Source: a virus | Lineage: Duplodnaviria; Heunggongvirae; Uroviricota; Caudoviricetes | Length of the DNA stretch: 64,000 nt | IMG/VR virus record: IMGVR_UViG_2740892427_000001 | Direction: 5' to 3' (one strand) | Shown here: positions 29,399 through 37,667 of the stretch, one piece after another | Layout: the number at the start of each line of letters is the position of its first letter | How positions within the stretch are numbered: the stretch's first letter is position 1 | Notes under the pieces: generated by a model | Told to the model about the DNA's origin: nothing | Databases searched by the model: none | What the model saw: only the letters and a program-made list of their open reading frames with translations | Made by a program: the position numbers and the translations under genes

Positions 29399-30229
29399 TT
29401 ATTTCACTGTAATGAAAGGAGTGTTAGCCCCTTGAGTCATGTACTGCGGTAACTGGCCATTCCATTTATTGATGGCTTCCAGTTCCATAACGTTCGGGTT
29501 TTGACGCAGAGCTTCACCGCGCAGACGAATGGCGTCTGCTTCTGCTTGCGCACGAGCACGGATAGCATCAGCTTCACCATTAGCCTGTTCACGTAGCATA
29601 TTCGCCTCAGCTTTACGCTGTTCGACTTCCTGCTGACGTTGCAGAGTACGCTGGTTAGCCGTTACTTTGGCGTTAATAGATTCAATGACGGTTTTTGGGT
29701 AATCAGGCTTTCCAACCCATGACAGGCTCAGTACCTCAATACCAACCGGAGACATCTCTTTCTGAATATCTTTCAGTGCGTTGTCCAGCAATTGTGCCTT
29801 ACCACCGTCGATAAATGAGTCAGTGGTCATACGGCTGGCCAAACGGTTTAGAGAGTCGGCAATTTTCTGACGCAGATCTGATTCGGTGATATCGTCTACG
29901 CCTTTGCGATAGGTCTGGAACACCGTCGTTACCTTGTCACGATTAACCAGATACGCAACGCCAATTTTGTGACCAATAGCAGTACCGTCACTCATCTGGA
30001 ATGTGAACGGTTCGTCGTAGGTCTTCATTTGTTTGAAGGTCGGGAATACGTAAAGTTCGGTGTTAAGACCTGTCCATTGGCGACCAACGCCAACCACTTC
30101 ACCAATCCCTTTGTCTTCACCTAATTTGTTTACTTTGATGCCAACGTATCCAGGCTCCACGCGATCACAGCCAGTAAGACCCATTGTGCAAATAGCCGCC
30201 AGAGCAACTGCAAGTAAACCTTTCTTCAT
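29399..30229 (-). CDS. SPFH/band-7 (stomatin/HflK-like) domain lipoprotein
   Basis: lipobox GLTGC; SPFH-like core followed by Ala/Glu-rich coiled coil (EANGEADAIRARAQAEADAIRLRGEAL). Confidence 0.7.
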   Translation of the reverse strand: MKKGLLAVALAAICTMGLTGCDRVEPGYVGIKVNKLGEDKGIGEVVGVGRQWTGLNTELYVFPTFKQMKTYDEPFTFQMSDGTAIGHKIGVAYLVNRDKVTTVFQTYRKGVDDITESDLRQKIADSLNRLASRMTTDSFIDGGKAQLLDNALKDIQKEMSPVGIEVLSLSWVGKPDYPKTVIESINAKVTANQRTLQRQQEVEQRKAEANMLREQANGEADAIRARAQAEADAIRLRGEALRQNPNVMELEAINKWNGQLPQYMTQGANTPFITVK

Positions 30230-30232
30230 TAC

Positions 30233-30433
30233 TTATTTCCCCTTTGCTTTGATTAATGAGTTGATAAACTTACGACCAGCAATAAGACCGATTACAGGAG
30301 CACCAAAACCAACGATAACTCCAAACATGACGGCTAAATCACTCTTGGTAGAAATCAGCGACGGAACCAGTAAACCGTAGATGAGAGCCACTGAAAGGCC
30401 TGTGGTTACTGCCAATAGATAGATTTTGATCAT
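30233..30433 (-). CDS. small two-TM membrane protein (66 aa)
   Basis: hydrophobic ORF immediately upstream of and co-oriented with the SPFH gene. Confidence 0.5.
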   Translation of the reverse strand: MIKIYLLAVTTGLSVALIYGLLVPSLISTKSDLAVMFGVIVGFGAPVIGLIAGRKFINSLIKAKGK

Positions 30434-30501
30434 GTGTTTTCCTATGTGGTTGTTATGCGAAAATAATAAGTAAGTACTTATATATTTTCAAGAGATAAAA
30501 A

Positions 30502-30520
30502 AGGCGTCCTGTGGACGCCT
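30502..30520. terminator. stem-loop AGGCGTCCtgtGGACGCCT, near-identical to the one at 29363-29382
   Basis: 8-bp GC stem, aaaaa upstream and ttgtgttt downstream. Confidence 0.6.
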
Positions 30521-30525
30521 TGTGT

Positions 30526-32865
30526 TTACTCTTCTACTGACTCGGTGGGGTTGTCTTTTGCTCTTCGGTCGTCGATTGCCTGCAAAGCCGCAATGATTTC
30601 AGCCAGTGGCTTCTCCCGATACATCTCGACGATCTGCGATTTGGTGTATTTCTTGTCACCAATTTCAACTCGCCCGCTGGCGTTCTTTGGCAGGTATCCT
30701 TCTTCCAGCATGTACTCGACGAGCGATTCGATAACGTCGAGGCCACGAGTAGGATCGAAGTAGAATTTCCAGGTGCATTTGCCATACGGTGGTGCAACTT
30801 TGTTTTTGATGCATTCTGCGCCTACGTCCTGGCCGATCTTCTCTTTACCATCCTTCATCACCGATGCACCAAGACGGATACGTACAGAAGCGTAGAACTT
30901 CGGTGAATCGCCGCCTGGTGACGTAGTAGGGTCGCCAAACATTACACCGATTTTTGTGCGAACCTGATTCAAGAAGATGATGCAGGCGTTGTATTTGCGT
31001 GCCCACAAAGCCAGAGTAGGGAAGTTCGCACTCGTCGCACGAGCCAGTGCCGTATTGTCGTTCATGTTTAGCTGATCTTTGTCTTTGGCAGTGCCTTCAG
31101 CCATCTTTTCGAACTTCTCGGCTTTGGAGTTCGGAACCATAGACGCAAGAGAGTCAGCCACGATACAGATAGGTGCTGATTCGGGGATAAGCTCTTCATC
31201 ACGAACCAATTTAAGTATTGTGCCGATCAACTCTACAGAGTCTTCGAAGGTATCTGGCTGCTTGTATACCCACTGACCGTCATCCTCATCTGCGTTCAGG
31301 CCATTGGCTACAGCCAGGCCAACGTCAAAACTGTTTTCATGATCGAGGAATACCGCCAGACCATCTTGTTTTTGAGCGGAGATCATCGCTGCTGTTGCAA
31401 GGAATGTGTTGTGGCTGATAATCCCGTTAGACCAGAAAGAGTGTGTTTCCGGCATCGCTACGTCGAACGTTGGTGCTTCACCTTCCTCAATAGCCACGAC
31501 TTCGTCGTAGAACAAGTTAGAGCCAATTACCGCTGCCAGTTGTGCAAACAGATGCTCGTTAAAACGATTCTTTCTGCCAATGAAGGAGACATAGATTTCT
31601 CGCAGTTTGTCTATTCCGACACGATCGCCGCGGCCAATAACGTGGTCTACCAGAGCGTAGTCTTCACGGGTGGTCTTGGTGAGCGACTCGTAGAGTGATT
31701 TCACTAAGCCGCTGATGTGCGGAACATAGCCTGAGTAAGTGCGGTCAAAACCAATGTCCCGTTTGGTTGCCACTGATAAACGTGCCGGAGATTCGAAACC
31801 AATCGTTGACAGAAAAAGGTCGTAATTAGAGCCACTGAATGACAGCCGGTAATATGTATTTTCATAACCCGCGACGTGTTTTTCAGAGATAGTTGACGTA
31901 ATCCCCAGATTCAGGAGCATGAGGCGAATTTGCTGTAGCAGCAGCCCACTCGCGCTCACAACCTCAATGCAGCGACCATCATTGACGTGGCATTCCAGCT
32001 CAAAGTAGCCGCGAAGGAATGCAATTTGAGCCTCGCTATTGGCGCGACGCACACTCAACGGAACCTGCTTGCCAGCATCTTTCTCATACTCCAGACCATA
32101 TTCTTTAAAAAGCAGCGAACGCACCTCTTTGCTAAACAGCACATGGTCTTCCGAGCCGTTATGTTTTCTCGTAACTGGCATCTTGTCTGATACCAGCGAA
32201 ATGAGGCGGTAGTACTCATCCTTGATGAAAGGATCTGTGTTAGAAAAATTCACTGAATTTTCAGAGGCCACGTATCCGTCAGCAATTAAATAGCCCATCA
32301 GTTTTGCGATATTGGCATCCAGGTGCTGATCGCCGAATTGATGTGTGCCAACCATTGAAGGAATCGTGTCGCCTACACTGATTTTTTCAGCATGTCGCCA
32401 GACGACATTACCTAAGTCGTCAACCACACGGATTGGGTGACGGAACGTAGCCTCGATATAACCGCCTGATGCCAGCTTAATACGCTTGAATTTGCGACGG
32501 TTGTTCCATGTCAGGTGTGAGGTCTTCTCTATCACGCCATTTTCATTGATGAGTCCAACGTTATGCTCTACATCGCGAGTAGTGCATGTCGCTTTGTACC
32601 CTTCAATCTCAAACAACTCTTTCACTGTTACCATTCCACGCTCCGTCAGCAGCATGGTGTCTGCGGTAACACATTTCCCCGCGCTTGGTGGCCCGAATAC
32701 TTCGACGATACGACCACATGGGAAGCCGCCATCGTAACGACCAGAAATAGCTTTGTTTAACGGTGGAAAGCCTGTATCAATCCAATGAGTTACTTTCTGA
32801 ATTTCGTCGTTGCTACCGATTTTCTTTTTCAGAGCAAGTGCCAGTGCGGATTTTCCTTTTGCCAT
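30526..32865 (-). CDS. recA: RecA/UvsX-like recombinase precursor containing an intein
   Basis: exteins GRIVEVFGPPSAGK / TFLATAAMISAQ...IIFLNQVRTKIGVMFGDP...KFYASVRIRLG match the RecA core; 422-aa insert in the P-loop. Confidence 0.9.
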   Translation of the reverse strand: MAKGKSALALALKKKIGSNDEIQKVTHWIDTGFPPLNKAISGRYDGGFPCGRIVEVFGPPSAGKCVTADTMLLTERGMVTVKELFEIEGYKATCTTRDVEHNVGLINENGVIEKTSHLTWNNRRKFKRIKLASGGYIEATFRHPIRVVDDLGNVVWRHAEKISVGDTIPSMVGTHQFGDQHLDANIAKLMGYLIADGYVASENSVNFSNTDPFIKDEYYRLISLVSDKMPVTRKHNGSEDHVLFSKEVRSLLFKEYGLEYEKDAGKQVPLSVRRANSEAQIAFLRGYFELECHVNDGRCIEVVSASGLLLQQIRLMLLNLGITSTISEKHVAGYENTYYRLSFSGSNYDLFLSTIGFESPARLSVATKRDIGFDRTYSGYVPHISGLVKSLYESLTKTTREDYALVDHVIGRGDRVGIDKLREIYVSFIGRKNRFNEHLFAQLAAVIGSNLFYDEVVAIEEGEAPTFDVAMPETHSFWSNGIISHNTFLATAAMISAQKQDGLAVFLDHENSFDVGLAVANGLNADEDDGQWVYKQPDTFEDSVELIGTILKLVRDEELIPESAPICIVADSLASMVPNSKAEKFEKMAEGTAKDKDQLNMNDNTALARATSANFPTLALWARKYNACIIFLNQVRTKIGVMFGDPTTSPGGDSPKFYASVRIRLGASVMKDGKEKIGQDVGAECIKNKVAPPYGKCTWKFYFDPTRGLDVIESLVEYMLEEGYLPKNASGRVEIGDKKYTKSQIVEMYREKPLAEIIAALQAIDDRRAKDNPTESVEE
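31408..32673 (-). mobile_element. intein with LAGLIDADG homing-endonuclease domain, inserted in the recA Walker A motif
   Basis: starts Cys (CVTADTMLL), TxxH block ATFRHP, LMGYLIADGYV and FLRGYFELECHV, ends ...NGIISHN followed by Thr+1. Confidence 0.8.
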
Positions 32866-32867
32866 GA

Positions 32868-33140
32868 TCAGGCTCCTTTTGTTTCGTTGATTCGTTTTAA
32901 AGCGGCGGATTCGTCGAATACAATCGCATCGTGGTTAAGGAGTCTGGATACACGAGCGAGGATTTTTACGACCTGCTCGCTGACTAATCCAAACTCGCGA
33001 TCTGTCGCTTTCATTCCGGCAGCGCCCAGAATTGACGGCAGTGCGATGACAGCGTACTCACCGTGATAAAAGACAATCTCTTTTGCCAGTTGGGTAGGGG
33101 TGGTTGTAGCGCCATTAATAATCGATTTAAGCATTAGCAA
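32868..33140 (-). CDS. hypothetical protein (90 aa)
   Basis: ORF between the FEN and recA genes. Confidence 0.45.
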   Translation of the reverse strand: MLMLKSIINGATTTPTQLAKEIVFYHGEYAVIALPSILGAAGMKATDREFGLVSEQVVKILARVSRLLNHDAIVFDESAALKRINETKGA

Positions 33141-34129
33141 TACCTTTCGAATGGAAGAACAAACACTTCAAGGTCTTCAAGGAACGAACGGAAATTCAGC
33201 TCGTAGCACAGTTGCTCGAATGCTTTCACGTCACGATTGCCTTTGATTGTTTCGATTTCGGTAGGCGGAAACTTCGTCTCAATCAGGTTCATTAGCGTGA
33301 TGTTTCTCTTGAACGCTTCGAGCATTCGACAGCCTGTTTTCTCGTTGAAGGCATTCTTCGCTAGTTTGTTGAAGGCGGTCTTATGGCGTCCTTTGTCAAC
33401 CACGATTGAGCCGTCGTTGATGCCGCGTACCATCGTTGCGACACTTCCCCATTCATGCAGCAGCTCTTTCGCACCGCCAGCACCAATGCCACCAACACCG
33501 CTAATGTTGTCCGATTTATCGCCTTGTAATGCTTTTGCTTCCAAAAATGCGCGAGGCGTGGCGAATCCTGTCAGCTCCGCAAATTGCTCAAAATTAACCT
33601 GCTTGTTTTTGGCGTCTTCACGCAGGCTTACCCAGCTTACGTTTTCACGAACTAACTGAAGCCAGTCGCTATCGCCTGTTAACAGATAGATGTGTTCAAC
33701 GGTTGGCTGCGGTGCCATGCGGGATACCAGCAGCCCGGCCAGATCATCCGCTTCTGCATCTTTTGCAATGAGTTGGGTAACTCCAAGCGCGGTCATCATT
33801 TTGAGGATGTATGGCTTCTGGATAGCAAAGCCTTCCTTCATCTTTTTCATATCAGGATCGTCGTCGCGATTTGCTTTGTAGTCCGGGTAAAAGTCGCGAC
33901 GCTTGTCACTAAATCCATCCCAAAGAATCATAGGTCGGGCATGGAGGATGGAGGCATAACGACGGACGTTCTTAACAAAGCCGAAAGCAGCCTGTACTTC
34001 CATTTCGCCGTTGTGCAATTTGTCAGATTGTTGGTGGTAATAACCCAGGCTATTGCCATCTACGAAGAGATAATTCACCGGTACATTCCTTCCAAAAAGT
34101 AAGGCGTCCGTAGAGGCCTTACTGGTCAC
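33134..34129 (-). CDS. 5'-3' exonuclease / flap endonuclease (T4 RNase H / T5 D15-like)
   Basis: N-terminal LFVDGNSLGYYHQ and downstream acidic motifs (LTGDSDWLQLV) typical of the FEN/53EXO family. Confidence 0.8.
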   Translation of the reverse strand: MTSKASTDALLFGRNVPVNYLFVDGNSLGYYHQQSDKLHNGEMEVQAAFGFVKNVRRYASILHARPMILWDGFSDKRRDFYPDYKANRDDDPDMKKMKEGFAIQKPYILKMMTALGVTQLIAKDAEADDLAGLLVSRMAPQPTVEHIYLLTGDSDWLQLVRENVSWVSLREDAKNKQVNFEQFAELTGFATPRAFLEAKALQGDKSDNISGVGGIGAGGAKELLHEWGSVATMVRGINDGSIVVDKGRHKTAFNKLAKNAFNEKTGCRMLEAFKRNITLMNLIETKFPPTEIETIKGNRDVKAFEQLCYELNFRSFLEDLEVFVLPFERYC

Positions 34130-34138
34130 GTAATGGGA

Positions 34139-35167
34139 TTACAGAGAGTCCAGCTCTCTCAGTAGGTCATCCAGACCTTCATCTTCCGTCGCAGATGCGG
34201 TTGCTACAGATGTCGCTGCGACTGCTTCAGACTCTTTGACTGATACGGCAACGGCAGCGGAACTTGCCTCTGGTTTAAATTCAGTTTCAACGGCACGGAG
34301 GATTTCTTCATCAACCAGACTGGTTGGTTCAGAAGCCGGTGTGTGCGCGGTTGCTACAGCCGTCGCTCCTTCTGTATGACCAGTGACAGAGCCAAATCCA
34401 GGTAGTGCCGCAGCCGATGTTTTCGCGGTTGAGGAAATTGCTGGTGCAGATGCTGCGGCAGTTGGTGCAGCGATGCCAATCAGACGACCCATAGTGCGAA
34501 CTGTCGACAGAAGACGAGTTTCATCAGCCTGATTTGCGTATGCGATCAGATCATGCTGGGTGTTCCAGAATTTATCTTCGATATCGCCTTTGTAGACTTT
34601 ACGCTTAGGCGAGACGTCATATTTGGTATCGCGACCAGAGCCAGTACGTTTAATCAGGAATGCGTAGCCTTCCTCTTTGCTCAGTGGATTGCCGATATCA
34701 TCAGCGATGTCTTCGGTGATTGCTTTGCAGATATCATCGAATACAGTAGACGGCAGCTCGATTAACTGGCATTTCTCAGCATCTGCGAAATCCTCACGAG
34801 CAGAAAGAATGCCGTTGACCAGGTAGCGAGGAGTGGCACGCATTTGACCGATGCGTTCTTCCATTGCTTTGTTACCCTTGTGACGAGCGCGACCTTCCAT
34901 CACCATTTCGCATAGCTGACAAGCGCGACCGTGAGTATGTTGCTCACAAATATAAGCGTTGGTTGCTTCTTTACCTTCCTCGTTCTGATACTTAACGTAG
35001 TGCATACCGAAAGTCTGGAAGAACTTACCGTTTGGGTCGTCTTTATTCGGGAAGATGCGGATATAGTTGACGCCGTCTTTTAAGCGAGTCAGATCAACGT
35101 TGTTGCCACGTTTGGCGGCAATGTCTTCACGAGTTTTGTTAAGCAAATCAAGTAATGTCTTAGACAT
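34139..35167 (-). CDS. single-stranded DNA-binding protein, T4 gp32-like
   Basis: Zn-ligand-like C..H..C..C cluster (ICEQHTHGRACQLC), Ala-rich linker, acidic C-terminal tail EDEGLDDLLRELDSL. Confidence 0.6.
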   Translation of the reverse strand: MSKTLLDLLNKTREDIAAKRGNNVDLTRLKDGVNYIRIFPNKDDPNGKFFQTFGMHYVKYQNEEGKEATNAYICEQHTHGRACQLCEMVMEGRARHKGNKAMEERIGQMRATPRYLVNGILSAREDFADAEKCQLIELPSTVFDDICKAITEDIADDIGNPLSKEEGYAFLIKRTGSGRDTKYDVSPKRKVYKGDIEDKFWNTQHDLIAYANQADETRLLSTVRTMGRLIGIAAPTAAASAPAISSTAKTSAAALPGFGSVTGHTEGATAVATAHTPASEPTSLVDEEILRAVETEFKPEASSAAVAVSVKESEAVAATSVATASATEDEGLDDLLRELDSL

Positions 35168-35284
35168 GTGTTTCTCCTTGTTGTGATTTGGCCGATGGCG
35201 CTATGCGCGTTGGGCTTTCGTTCATTCGTGGCTCTTTCGAGCTGTTAAATGATAGATCAGTACTTACTTATTATCTATCAAAAA

Positions 35285-35716
35285 TCAACGGGGAGTAATA
35301 AAGCGTTCAGAGCCTAATCGCTCTAATTCAACGATGGCCATCTTTGACGCCTGAACGATCATGTCTCGGCGATGCGAAAAGGCGGCGACAGCATGTTTGT
35401 ATATGTCTGCGATGTGCCGTGCTTCATCCAACTTCTGCCGTTTAGACAGATACTGTGGGTTTGTTTTAACCTTAGCGTCCAGTACAGACTCGTTGAACTT
35501 AATGCCGTTCATACTCAAGTTCTTACGCTCTGTGTCGTATAGCTTTGCTTCAACAGCTTCAAGGTTAAGTTTTGCCTCTGCGACATCTCGATCTGCCTGC
35601 GCTAGTTTTGACCCATACTCCATTAAAAGCCGTGGCTGTTTACGCCATACTTCCTCAAGGTTGTCGCGGTCGAACTCCAGATCGGCCATGATTTTAGAAA
35701 AAATATCAGTGTTCAC
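35285..35716 (-). CDS. hypothetical protein (143 aa); possible recombination mediator by position next to SSB/RecA
   Basis: ORF; coiled-coil-like; context only. Confidence 0.45.
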   Translation of the reverse strand: MNTDIFSKIMADLEFDRDNLEEVWRKQPRLLMEYGSKLAQADRDVAEAKLNLEAVEAKLYDTERKNLSMNGIKFNESVLDAKVKTNPQYLSKRQKLDEARHIADIYKHAVAAFSHRRDMIVQASKMAIVELERLGSERFITPR

Positions 35717-35924
35717 TCTAATAGGTTCCTACTTATAAAATCTGTATCAATTATATCAAACAGAGAACGGGTTTATGGCGTCATGTCAACTTTGTTCAGG
35801 GGAAAATATTGAGATCACCGAAGATAATTAGTTGTCTTATTTTGGTAAGCTGTGCTGACCATCTTTAGGTCACATACATGAGATGGATGGGGGTGTGGCA
35901 TGAACGGATGAAATTCAGTCGCCG

Positions 35925-35953
35925 TTGACAGATGTCAACACTGTGAATAGAAT
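35925..35953 (+). promoter_or_regulatory. sigma70-consensus promoter TTGACA-17 bp-TAGAAT with the -35 inside the palindrome GTTGACAgaTGTCAAC
   Basis: -35 at 35925-35930, -10 at 35948-35953, GGAGG RBS at 35963-35967, ATG 35971. Confidence 0.6.
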
Positions 35954-35970
35954 ACTATTATCGGAGGCGA

Positions 35971-36195
35971 ATGAAGCAACATCCGAATAAGCATATTCAA
36001 GCAGCCATTGACTATGCATTAAGTAAAGGCTGGATCTGGGTAGCAGCTGGTGGTGCTGCACATTGTTTTTGCAGACTGCGATGCGGTAATCCAGAAGGTG
36101 AACACAAAACTCACCAAATGAGCGTATGGTCGACTCCGGGTAATCCCGAAAACCATGCCAAACAGATCAAACGAATGGTTGATCGTTGTAAATGA
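35971..36195 (+). CDS. small basic Cys/His-containing protein (74 aa); HicA-like resemblance is weak
   Basis: ORF with strong promoter and RBS; followed by terminator hairpin 36200-36221. Confidence 0.5.
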   Translation: MKQHPNKHIQAAIDYALSKGWIWVAAGGAAHCFCRLRCGNPEGEHKTHQMSVWSTPGNPENHAKQIKRMVDRCK

Positions 36196-36199
36196 TTTC

Positions 36200-36221
36200 A
36201 AGGCGGCATTAGCCGCCTTTT
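36200..36221 (+). terminator. rho-independent terminator AAGGCGGCattaGCCGCCTTTT
   Basis: GC stem plus T-run. Confidence 0.65.
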
Positions 36222-36255
36222 GCAGAAACTGTCCAACTATCTTCAAAGGAAAACT

Positions 36256-36819
36256 ATGGCGCTTTATAACTTCACTCTGACGCTCTCAGGCGTATCGTAT
36301 GAGACGGAAGGACTGGAAGACGCGCTGTACCAAAACGGCTGTGACGATGCGCTAATTTGCGCATATGGAAACTCCGTCTATGTAGAATTTGACCGCGAAG
36401 CACAATCACTTGATGCAGCTATCGCATCTGCGGTCGACAATATTGAATCAGCCGGTATCGGTGCAATTGTTGAATCCGTCGACTCGGCTCTTGTGGGCTT
36501 AAGCGATATCGCGGAACTGACAGACCTGTCTCGCCAGGCAGTGGCGTTGCTCAAAGACGGTAAGCGCGGAAGCGGCGACTTCCCTTGCCCTGTACAACGC
36601 ATAAAAGGCCAGTCTCCTCTCTGGGATTGGGCTGATGTGGCTGAATGGCTCATGAATAACGGACGACTTAAAGAGGGCGATCAAATTGTCCAAAATGCCC
36701 GAACTTTGAGTAAATGGAATCTGGCGCTTCGAAACAGCGTCTCGAAAGATTTCAACGAAATAGAGCAAATTGCGGAGAAACTGATTAAACGCCGCAAAGA
36801 TATTGCGAAATGCGCATAA
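36256..36819 (+). CDS. hypothetical protein with internal HTH-like segment (188 aa)
   Basis: start set to ATG 36256 (AAGGAAAACT-ATG); LTDLSRQAVALLKDGKRG helix-turn-helix-like. Confidence 0.5.
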   Translation: MALYNFTLTLSGVSYETEGLEDALYQNGCDDALICAYGNSVYVEFDREAQSLDAAIASAVDNIESAGIGAIVESVDSALVGLSDIAELTDLSRQAVALLKDGKRGSGDFPCPVQRIKGQSPLWDWADVAEWLMNNGRLKEGDQIVQNARTLSKWNLALRNSVSKDFNEIEQIAEKLIKRRKDIAKCA

Positions 36820-36820
36820 T

Positions 36821-36844
36821 GATGCCCGCCAATTGGCGGGCATC
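36821..36844 (+). terminator. stem-loop GATGCCCGCCaattGGCGGGCATC
   Basis: 10-bp perfect stem immediately after the stop codon. Confidence 0.55.
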
Positions 36845-36935
36845 TGTTCTCTGTAAAGGTGTCTGGCATCGTCTGGTTCGTTAACGTTTACTAAACCAAT
36901 GGTGACAAAAATTAGTTATCTTTGAAAAATAAAGG

Positions 36936-36964
36936 TTGCATGAAAAGAAGGGGTATGCGTTAAT
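36936..36964 (+). promoter_or_regulatory. cspA-like promoter (TTGCAT-17 bp-GTTAAT) with AT-rich upstream element, giving a ~180-nt 5' UTR
   Basis: hexamers at 36936-36941 and 36959-36964; resembles the host cspA promoter arrangement from memory. Confidence 0.4.
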
Positions 36965-37148
36965 AGCATCGTTGGTTTGCAAGACAGACCTTATGTAAGC
37001 AGTTTTAGTAAAGCAGTCTCAGTTCAGTGTTATCTTCTGATTTCCCTTCTTCGTGAGTCTCCTCCTTAAGTGCCTAAGTAAGTCCCAATCTATACAGATC
37101 AAATTCTCGCCGCACTATGTGGCTCACAAAATTAAGAAGGTAATATCT

Positions 37149-37364
37149 ATGTCTAATAAAATGACTGGTTTAGTAAAATGGTTTAACTCTGATAAAGGCT
37201 TTGGCTTTATTTCTCCTGCTGATGGCAGTAAAGATGTTTTTGTACATTTTTCGGCAATTCAGAGTAATAATTTCCGCACTTTGGAAGAAGGCCAGCAGGT
37301 CGAATTCTCTATCGAGAATGGTGCTAAAGGCCCAGCAGCAGCAAATGTCGTTGCTCTAAGCTGA
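37149..37364 (+). CDS. cspA: cold-shock protein, CspA family
   Basis: [23 protein letters not shown]...[10 protein letters not shown]...[20 protein letters not shown]: RNP1/RNP2 cold-shock-domain motifs; start set to internal ATG 37149. Confidence 0.9.
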   Translation: MSNKMTGLVKWFNSDKGFGFISPADGSKDVFVHFSAIQSNNFRTLEEGQQVEFSIENGAKGPAAANVVALS

Positions 37365-37639
37365 TTCAACGCTGATGATCCTCATTTCTACAATAACGAA
37401 GACGGTGTAAGCCTGAGTGGATAGATTTGTAGGATTGTACAAGTTGAATAAATTAGCATGGTAAGGCCATGCTAATTAAATCGACACAACGGCCAGTTTA
37501 TTCCATAAAAGTGAATTGCCCATTGTGGCGAAATGCGGGGTTGCCGCATGAATAGTCAAAGGCAGAAGCTAACTGCCGGCATGGCAAAACAAAGTGCGTA
37601 AGAGGAGTGACTTCCTCAACAAGCGCCATAATTCTTTAT

Positions 37640-37661
37640 AAACCCGCCAACAGGCGGGTTT
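37640..37661. terminator. bidirectional terminator AAACCCGCCaacaGGCGGGTTT + TCTTTATT
   Basis: perfect 9-bp stem between convergent csp and dnaE. Confidence 0.7.
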
Positions 37662-37667
37662 TCTTTA

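Noticed and set aside
37053-37148. N-terminal extension of the cold-shock protein ORF (103-aa version)
   Set aside because: The cold-shock domain begins at the internal Met ([13 protein letters not shown]...); the upstream codons lie in the long leader and are not conserved-looking.
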